Shown piece by piece: positions 13,638 to 22,250 of a DNA stretch of 64,000 bases (within the stretch, counting starts at the first letter, position 1; each line of letters starts with the position of its first letter). The stretch is from Selaginella moellendorffii (lineage: Eukaryota > Plantae > Lycopodiophyta). Both the position numbers and the translations under genes were made by a program. The stretch covers positions 6,174,822 through 6,238,821 of the forward strand of contig NW_003314261.1 in the NCBI RefSeq assembly GCF_000143415.4, in the 5' to 3' direction. Under the pieces are notes generated by a model. It saw nothing but the letters and a program-made list of their open reading frames with translations. It was not told the origin of the DNA and searched no databases.

Positions 13638-13817
13638 ATTTCGAGTATTTTCGAGTTTGTGTGAGCACTAGACGATCTTTCAAGAATGCGTTGCTTCTGA
13701 TGTCCATTACGAGCTGAGATGAGAGCAAACATTTAGAAGGACTGGCCCTGCAACCACTTTGGCGAGCTCGTGGGTTAGCATATCCTAGATATTCTTTTGC
13801 ATTCTAGGATTTCTACT

Positions 13818-14688
13818 ATGGAGCACACTCCCATCGGTGGCTACAAGGTATGGGATTCATTCGCGTCGGAGCTCCAACTCTTTCTTTCCATGCTCTACTC
13901 GCCCAATAACACCCCACTCTTCACGGATCCTTGCCCGCTGCATGTAGTTGCTGGAGCCACAAGCCGCGAAGAGGCATCTGCAAGACTGTATGCATCTCTT
14001 GTGAATTCGGTACAATACCTCTCTGATGAGTATCAAAAGATATTCCAAGTTGGTTTTAGAGTTCATCTTAGCCATTTCCAAGGCGCAGTAGTTATGTATG
14101 AAGATGTGGATGGCACCGATACTCAACGAAGGCATCCTTTTTCGGCAATGCCGGAGAAGGGTATCTTTTGGTAGAGTTCGATCGCGTGCTCCAGGTGGGG
14201 ATTGATGGTGGCAGCAATGTTGTGCGCAAAGTGTTTGATCGGGCAGCTGGTTATATCTATCACGGTGGTGGATGTGGAAGAACTCGATCTGGATATGCAT
14301 GTGTAACCAGCCTCGCAATCATTCTTTTGCAAGCTGACCCATGACGATGTTCTCCTGATTTCTGATGCGTTCTTTACTCATGGTGGACACCCAACATTTC
14401 TCGACACTCTCTTCTTCTTGATTGTTAAAGCGTCCTCCCACAGTGCATGGAGAAGAACCATGTCCATCAGATTAGACGAGTACAAGGAATAAAAAACATT
14501 TTGTAGAGCTTCGGATGCAGACGATAAAGATCTGCAGGTCATTGAATTTCAAGTTTAAAGACATCGAGGACTTTGTCATGCCCCAACTTCCGGAGCTGGA
14601 CTTTTTGCGTGACATAAGGCACCTCATGCATAGCGGAGGGAAGGTCTCAGTGTTTCGGGGGGATTTGGGATTATGGAGGAAGGCTATT
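13818..14688 (+). pseudogene. Nuclease-fold/kinase (Crinkler-like) gene, decayed and truncated by the transposon stack
   Basis: Paralogous to 59628-61430 and 62909-64000 (KVWDSF, REEASARLY, CRSLNF.F). Contains stops and frameshifts. Homology to the 61.1-kb copy ends abruptly after aaggctatt (14688). Confidence 0.7.
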
Positions 14689-15407
14689 ATGCTCTATTTC
14701 GTTAAAGTGGGATTTATTCAGTAAAATGGGACTAGGTACAAATTTTTAAGTATTTGAAAATGATGTGAAATTATATGTTTTTTGTCCAGGGGCTAGACAT
14801 ATCTGGGGCATGGTGACTAGCGCGGTGACTTTGTGTCCAGACTGAGTCCATCTGGTTGTATAATAAATCTCATTGTCAAGGTGAACAAGCCGAATCTGAA
14901 GCTAAAGAAGAGCGATGGCATGCTCGCACACACTATTTGTTTGTTCATTGAGCGTGTGGTGAGCTTTCCAAGATGAATGTCATTCCTATTAGCCAGACAT
15001 ATCATTTAATGGTGAGAACATTTAGATATTATTCAATGTTATCTTTTTCTAACAAATCTAATTGTGAAGGTGTAGCAAGAGGCATTGCTAGTCTGGAGAA
15101 GTCATTTAACTCATTTGACTCTTAGTGTATTTTCATGAAACTAAATAACATTTATATTATTAAGGAATTTCTCTAGTACCTTTTTTTTACTACATAGAGG
15201 CTTGCATTTCTTTCAAAGGTGATTTAGTAAAAGGCCTGAGGGCACATGCCATTCTATTTCTCAGACCGGTATTAAGATATACTAGTGCAAAGGGAAAAAG
15301 GTATTTGGTGATCAAGTAAATGGCATGAGGGCACATGCCATTATAAGCCTAAGCGCTAGTGGACACCTCCTTTTTGGTGTCACGCCTCACGCCATCACGC
15401 CATGCCA

Positions 15408-18306
15408 TCACGCCTCCTCTGATTCAGATTCGGATTGTTCACCTTGAAATAAAATACATTAGAAACTTAGTAAAGGAATATTAATGAATCTCACCTTGAA
15501 CCCAGGTTATGAATGCTCTTGCTGCATCTCTTGCATGGTCTGGCAAGGTGATGGTGGCACTTTGCTTCCGCATCCAACCATGCACAACATTATCCATAGA
15601 TATGCTCATGCTGGGATCCCTTGGATTTAGCACCCATCTCTTTTCTAGGCAATCCTTCGTATATCCGGAACTTGGCTTGAACCACTCCACAGTTACATTG
15701 AAGGAGTTAGTTTCCGCGTCCTCCTCTGCATCAGTGATGCAGCGCCCCACCCATATCATTTGTTTTTTATTACTGGGTCTGACAAGCACGACCATTCCTT
15801 TGCAAACCTGTACTGGATTGAATGCTGAATCCGGCTTCTTGTTCCTCGGCCCACAATAGTGATCCTCAACATCGTTATCTGTCATTGCATTTCCAGAGGA
15901 CATTGTTCCGCTACTATCTGGTGCTCTGGGTTCTGGCCAAAAGGACTCTTCCAATTCTTCATATACAACCGGCCCATTTTGGATAGCAGATATAATCTTC
16001 TCCCAGTATTCGAGCAAAGGCTTGCACCTCTTAAAATAGGATTCTCCACCAAACACCAACCCCCTCTTCCACAAGGCAATATACTGTCTAATCCCGGCCA
16101 CTATACTTTCCTGGTCTTTGAGTCCATCCGGGTGTATCGGCCGTGGGGAACCCTGAGGAATCATAGGTTCCCCAGTTATGGGATCTCTCTTGAAGAGTTC
16201 AATGCCGTCCACTGGCAGCCACACTGTGTCCCATTCTCTCATCTTGTACCTCATCACTGGAGCACCGTCACACATGCTGAAATGAAACTGAAGAGGCTTG
16301 GAGTGGCCAATCAACGTTTCGGATCCGTCCCTGATGTAGCCTCTTACAAACCCCTTAAAGTCTGGAACCTCTGTCACAAGTGCAGCTTCAACAGTGCCTT
16401 TGATGCAATTTTGGAATTCATCATAGAGTTGTGGGAGGGTGAGGACATTGGATCGCCGGAGGGACTCTGCCAGGTGACTGAACATGGCATCGACGTCTTC
16501 ATGAGTGTGCCCAACCATGAGAAAGCCAAGTGTAACCGTTTCAAATATGCCTTTGGCAACAAGCATCGCCAAGTACGCGAAGACGTACATGTTTTTGTTC
16601 TCACTGCCAGCATTGTCTGTTTGGAGCAGAAGATGGGGTGGAAGGCCACATCGGCCGCAAGAACTTCCTTGAGATTCTGCTTCGTTTGGATGAGGCTGTG
16701 CATTCACCGGGCGACCAGCCTCGTCGGAATGGCATGAGGCCTCACGTGATAACCCTACAATCTGACGGCCAATATATTCACTGGGATGGCATGGAGCCCC
16801 ATGCAATACTGCAAGCCTTTGCTCCTCCTCCAGCTGAACCCTGTATGGGGTTCGATCGACAAGGGCCTTATGCAAGGGTTGGCCGTTCAGCTCAGTCTGC
16901 GCACTTTGCAAAGACCTTAAGTGTTTTGCTAGGGACGCAATCATCATGTTTGCACCCTCGCCACCCCATAGAGGTACAAAGAAGTTCCCATAGTTCTGGG
17001 CACCATGCCCATGAGCGATTATGCCAAACAGAGACACAGGCAGCTGCATGGATGAAGAGATTGCCTTGGGGGCAGGATTGAGTCGAGGTAAGCACGTCTT
17101 TTTCTGGTCCATTTTGTCGTGGATGATGCAGAGGTAAGAGTCAGGTCTCTCCATGGAGAGAATCCTGTTATGATAATATGCAGTCCTGCAGCTTCTCTGC
17201 TCGATGTTGTGGTCGAGCCGCCTTCTAACCAACATCTCTCGCTCTTGACCGATGCAAGAATTCTTCGACAAAGCCATTTTGATAGCAGTGCACTCGTCAC
17301 ACTTTGAAAAGCTGGAGTACTTTCCTATACTCATATCCCTGAACCTGTTGCTCCACAATTTACTAAATCTAGATTGGCTCAGCTTCTTGTAGCCATTACT
17401 CTGGAGTTCCCGATTCACATCTTCCAATATGGCCCCCTTGGTATACATGGAAGGGAGAACTCGTTGGGTGTCTCGAGTTCCATCTTCCAAGAGGCGGGTT
17501 TTATGTGGTTGCTGCTCGCTACATATCTCGACAAACCTCTTGAAGATTGCCTCTCCATATACAACATGACCCCTGGTTTTGTGCGTACCGTCGTTCCCAT
17601 GGACTGCCTGTTGAACCCTTTATTCCTCGAACTCAGTTTTGATTCTGTAGAATGTGCTTCGAGGGACTCCATAAATGATTCTCCATGCCTTCATGCAGAC
17701 CAAACCCCTCTGGAAGACCATGCCCCCCACCTGATGTTCTGAAGCATCAACAGATGACCGTAATGCCTCATACACAAAATTGTGAGCTGCCTTCCAGGAC
17801 AATGTCTTGTATCTTGCTCTCTCCTCTTCAATAGCATCCCAATCAGCATGTTGACAGCACCTCCTCTTGCAACAAGCAACTGTCGAGACCATTCGAACCT
17901 CCATCGCCATTTTCTGCCTTTTCGGTTCGTTACTCAGATCCCTTTGGCTGCGCTTTAGGAAGGTGTACTTTCTTTTCCCATGAAGAGATGTTCTGTCATC
18001 AGTTGTAGTGGTGTTTGATTGTGAATCCTTCACATTCTCAAACACTAAGTGCCTCAATTTCCACCGCACAATGCTTCCAATAGTCAGACTGTTTTCTTTT
18101 GTGTCAACAACCTCTAAAATCGCAACTCCAATATCATCCCAGCCCAATTCTTGATTAGCAACCGCATCTCTTGGATCGACAACTGTGGCTAAGCCCTTAG
18201 CTACCACCTCCCCGTCGGGGTTGTTTAGAAACACCTTTGCCTGAATCCATGTAGCACGGTTCTTAAGATCCACGGAGGGAACATGCATCGCACTTGCGGA
18301 GGCCAT
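15408..18306 (-). pseudogene. Sola-like (DUF7869-type) DDE transposase of about 950 aa with one in-frame TAA at 17620-17622
   Basis: ORFs 18306-17620 and 17490-15481 are in the same frame and the linker reads through (VHGNDG...). Motifs: CCKRRCC, VCMKAW, FSKCDEC, IIHDKMDQ, LQTDNAGSENKN, FLMVGHTHEDVDAMFS. Probable terminal intron 15494-15443 with last exon GEQSESESEEA* ending at 15408. Confidence 0.75.
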
Positions 18307-18726
18307 TCTAAAAGTGCAGAAAAGAAGTTAAGACCATACAAAAAATGTGGAGAATGGCCTAAATCATAACATACCAAACAACCTCAATAGCATGAGGCCA
18401 CATGCCATTATTCAAACATGCTATTGACACCCATGTGAAATTTCGCATTCACAAAATTGGCATGAGCCCTCATGCCATTAGTGGTACCACTAATGGCATG
18501 AGGCCTCACAAAAATGGCATGAGGCCTCATGCCATCTTGATATACACACAGCTGCAGGCAAGTAAAAACATACATGACAATACGCTAGCCATGAAATTGC
18601 AAGGGCCCAAGATGGCATGTGGCCTCATGCCATTTCTAAATGTGGTCCTAAGCCATTCCATGGTGAACATACCAGGAAGCACAAGTGCCGAATATCAAGA
18701 GGAAGCGGTAGCCACACCAAAGACAG

Positions 18727-18860
18727 TGTCGCTCGCAACACCGCAACTACTCGTAGCGCCGCTCGCAACACCGCAACTGCTCGTAGCGCCACTCGCACAA
18801 ACTGCCACTCGCATAAACTGCCGCTCGCAATGGCGCTCGCAATGCCGCAACCGCTCGTAG
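18727..18860. repeat. GC-rich tandem repeat (about 30-bp unit cgctcgcaacaccgcaactRctcgtagcgc) upstream of the transposase
   Basis: Two near-perfect units at 18730-18790 plus degenerate cgctcgca units. Confidence 0.75.
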
Positions 18861-20707
18861 ACGCATAAACCACAGCTCACAATGCCGCTTACACAAGCAG
18901 CGCTCACTGCGCTCAGCGGAACCAAGAACACGGCGCACAAAAATGATAGACCTAGGAATGAGTTCGAGAATTCAAAAATAACACACGTTTGAACGTCACA
19001 TCAAATCCTTTGACAAACTAGATCTTATGATTCCTCTGACAAATTTCAAACTGAGTAGCTTCTAGACTTTGCTATCGGAGGTTGAACTTTGTCACATCAT
19101 GTCCTTGCCTCGATCCAGCTGTGCCATGTCAGTGATTCGAACTTTGCCATGCCATGTCAGCGATCCGTGCCAAGATTATTCGCCGTGTAAAGGAATAATT
19201 ATGATGTGTGTGTACGTCCATTTATGGCAATATAAGGCCACACGCCATTCAAAGAATAATGCTAGTCGAGCATTTTTTGGTGCATTTTTGGGTTCAAAAT
19301 TGCATGAGCCCACACGCTATAAAGTTTACCTGTACCAAAAATAGAAACAGCTTTATTTACTTGGGAATTTAAGTGGTTGAGGCATTTTTAAACTTACAAA
19401 CACATGCCCTACTTACATTCCTTTGGTTGCTTAAAATTCAAAAATATTATAAACCTTTCTTTTTGCATTTTCAATGTTTTCAATTATGGTTTTTGATTTT
19501 CGCAGGACCAGCCTAGTAATCTATTTGCATCCCGTCATGTTTATAGCTAACTTTCGTTTGTCCCCTTCGCTAGCCTGAGATACATCTGCTCGGCATCTGC
19601 CTCTTACAGCATTTGCCCAGAAAGGGCATCTTTCTTCACGCAGCATTTGCCATATGTTTAGGGTTTAGGGTTTAGCAATTCAGTAGCTTGATAAACATGC
19701 AAATACAGAACTTGATGCAAAATCCTTTGATATGTCACAATGCCCCTAGGACCATAAACACATTTCAATAGAGAGGGTCCTTTCATTTCATAACTCCTTA
19801 TGTAGATCTTGGTGAAACCAGAGTTAGTGAAGTTGGTTTCTTGTGATCCCACATCTGATTGTGATGTCCCTTTGCAGTGTCGATGGAAAGGTCAATGCAC
19901 ACCAAACTGTAGAATCTTGGAGCAAAATAACGGTCGGATCTATGGCAAATGCCCTTGAAACATTGTAAGGCTCGTGTGGTCTCATGTGGTGTCCGATCGA
20001 GATGCTTCTTTGCAGGGTCATCAAGAAGGACATTGTATACCATTCTTTATTTAGTTGAACATCTGGCATTTTTGGAAATACAAGATGCTTTGGAATATCC
20101 AATCATGCATGGTATAAATATAGCGAGGGTATTAAATGATATCCCAATCATGATCTTTCTTTTGGATTTCGCGTGCATGCAGTCCGAGGAATGATGACGT
20201 TGCGGATTTCTTTTGGATTTCACGTGCATGCATGCGCGCGGCGATCCAGAAATTAATGGTGGCACCCAAGTCCGAGGAATGATGACGTGGTGGGATTACC
20301 AACCGTCGTGACATTTCGCGCGTGTGAGGTTAGGTTTTGCATTTTGCTTCGTACTCGCGCTCGCATCGCGCTCCCACTCGCGATCACGCTCACATTCGCA
20401 CTCATCTACCTTCTCTATAGGTTTCTCATGTGCATCGGCGTCCACTCGCGCTTGCATCACACTCGCGCTTGCATCGCGCTCGTGTGCATCGGCGTCCACT
20501 TCAAGACACACCCAGTTTGTAACTTCACCGCCAACTCCGCCACCCACTCCGCCACCCACACGCAGCCCACTTGGCGTCCCGGGAGATTTCAACGCCACTC
20601 TCCAACTGTAAGTGGCAGAGTAGCCTTGCTGCTACGATCCGCTGCACACACAGTGCACATTCGCTAGCGAGTCCGGCCTCGATTGTCACGCCTCCATTCA
20701 GGTTCAA

Positions 20708-22250
20708 ATGGTAAGTCTTTTAGGCCAAGTAGAAAATGGCATGAGGCCACATGCCATTCAGTAGCAACATTGGCATGCACCGATTGGGCTCTCGAGTGCA
20801 GTCCGGTTACAGATGGCGTGTAGCCTCACGCCATCTTAGGATGCAGCCTCAAGACATCTGATGCAGTGGTGAATGGCGTGTGGCCTCACGTTATTTCCAG
20901 CTGCTAGCTTTTCATCTGTCAGCTCTAATTGTTGTGCATTTCTGAACAGGCAAGGAATTGCGTTCTTCTTCCAGCCACTGTCAATGTGGATGCAGAGAAG
21001 GGGGAGGAGCTCACCAGTTGGACTTTTGGGATGGAAGGCGAGGATCTGAGGCTGTACAACATAGATGGTGGGAGAAAAGAATGCATGGGGATCCTCATCC
21101 AAGTGACAGACACTCCATGCAGTTCCATGCAAGAATATGGACTGGCACTTGTGGTAGAGACAGCGTCCGCCTTCAAGATCCACCTTGCACATCCTAGCGG
21201 CTTCCCGGAGGGGGGCAGCGGCTATGAGGAATTCCTAGAGGGAGATAGGGAGAGGTTGTCCAGGAGGCCCACAATTTCAAAGGCGCTGCGGGTCTATGAA
21301 GATCACATGGAATCCACGGACCTCACCTACGGCGATGTTCAAAAACTATATTCCAACATTGAGCCGTTGAAAGTGCCTCCAGTTCGCGAAGCGAAGGGGA
21401 AGGGGGTCGATCTGGAAACTACCCAGAAGCAGAAAAGGGTGGTCAAGCTCAAGCCGACATCGGACTCTCTTGCTCCAAAAAAGAAGCTACTCAGTGATGC
21501 CATTGCCTCGGGTTCGAACACTATACCCACCAAAAAGAAGAGCCGCAAAGAGCAAAAAGAGCAAGAAGAGGCAGCAAAAATCGTCGCAGATAATAGTACT
21601 TGTTACTATTCCAACAAAGTATATACAATCGACGTGAGCCGTATCGACATCCAAAGCAAATACAACCACAGGCTAGTATCTGATGAGTGGGTGGAGAAAC
21701 TGAAGCAGAAGATGCTGGCAAGTCCAGTAACACCTGACATCGCAGATGTGATCCCCTACTACCGAACAATGAAGGGCGAGACAAGGTTTCCAGACTTGAT
21801 CAATAGGAAGGTGTTGGACGATCAGAACATCCGGTTCTATGCCGTCTCCAGGCAGCATTCTAGCTTTGCGATGCAAGAGATAGTTGTGGATATTATGGTG
21901 GGCGAGGAGGTGAAGAAAGTCTTCAAGACAAGAGTTGTCCGCCTGATAAAAGGCAACTCGCCCCTCCGATCTATCATATACATCTCCCACGTGCAGATTG
22001 TCAAGCAAGAAATGTGCTACAAATCGGGTCTGCACGAGACATTGGCACGAACACGGAAGCTCTGGGTTCAACTGAAGAAGCCACAAAAACCAGGACAAGG
22101 ACGTGCACTAGCAACTAGCGCCTGGCAGGTAAGCCTCGTTGCATGTGGCATAGCATGTGGCCTCACGCCATTTCCATTGCAGGAATTCTCGAGTCTTCTC
22201 TCGAAAACACTAGGGGTCAATGACACACTCAGCATCCATAACATTCACTC
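20708..22250 (+). CDS. ParB/Srx-fold domain protein, 3'-truncated (ATG 20708-20710 | intron 20711-20949 | exon 20950-22128 | intron 22129-22182 | exon 22183 to junction)
   Basis: ATG|GTAAGT donor and AACAG acceptor give an in-frame M-ARNCV start. A Lys-rich linker precedes VYTIDVSRIDIQ..NHRLVSDEWVEKLKQKM...RFYAVSRQHSSFAM, which resembles the ParB-N I.ID.I..N.R...V..L...Y.IIDGxHR pattern. Confidence 0.6.

Larger units (their letters stand above)
15230..22172. repeat. Dispersed 24-bp palindrome family, consensus AATGGCATGAGGCCTCATGCCATT (at least 13 copies)
   Basis: Copies start at 15230, 15319, 16728, 16785, 18386, 18456, 18492 (partial), 18513, 18611, 19298, 20735, 20812, 20872 and 22149, with a half site near 19235. 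Confidence 0.92.
14689..22250. mobile_element. Large Sola-like DNA transposon (left part) carrying a transposase, a divergent ParB-fold gene and dispersed 24-bp palindromes
   Basis: The left junction is defined by the break in the host kinase gene. The right end is lost at a fusion with a truncated gypsy integrase. No TIR or TSD could be identified. Confidence 0.6.

Noticed and set aside
14689-14760. Terminal inverted repeat and TSD of the Sola-like element
   Set aside because: I could not find a matching reverse-complement end in the window. The right end appears deleted, so no TIR is claimed.
15859-17081. Plus-strand ORFs of 292 and 147 aa opposite the transposase, and similar antisense ORFs over SURNod19, IBA57 and gypsy pol
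   Set aside because: Antisense shadows of real coding frames with no recognisable motifs.
18402-18860. 152-aa ORF with repeated GMRPHA peptides
   Set aside because: The peptide repeats are simply translations of the palindromes and the 30-bp tandem repeat.
19657-19675. Telomere or chromosome-healing site
   Set aside because: Fewer than three TTTAGGG units; compatible with a telo-box or chance.
15230-22172. CRISPR-array interpretation of the 24-bp palindromes
   Set aside because: Spacing is irregular (tens to thousands of bp), copies lie in introns and CDS, there are no cas genes and the DNA is eukaryotic.
20708-22250. Bacterial contamination or a plasmid parABS locus
   Set aside because: The gene has spliceosomal introns, no ParA ATPase is visible and it is embedded among plant TEs.
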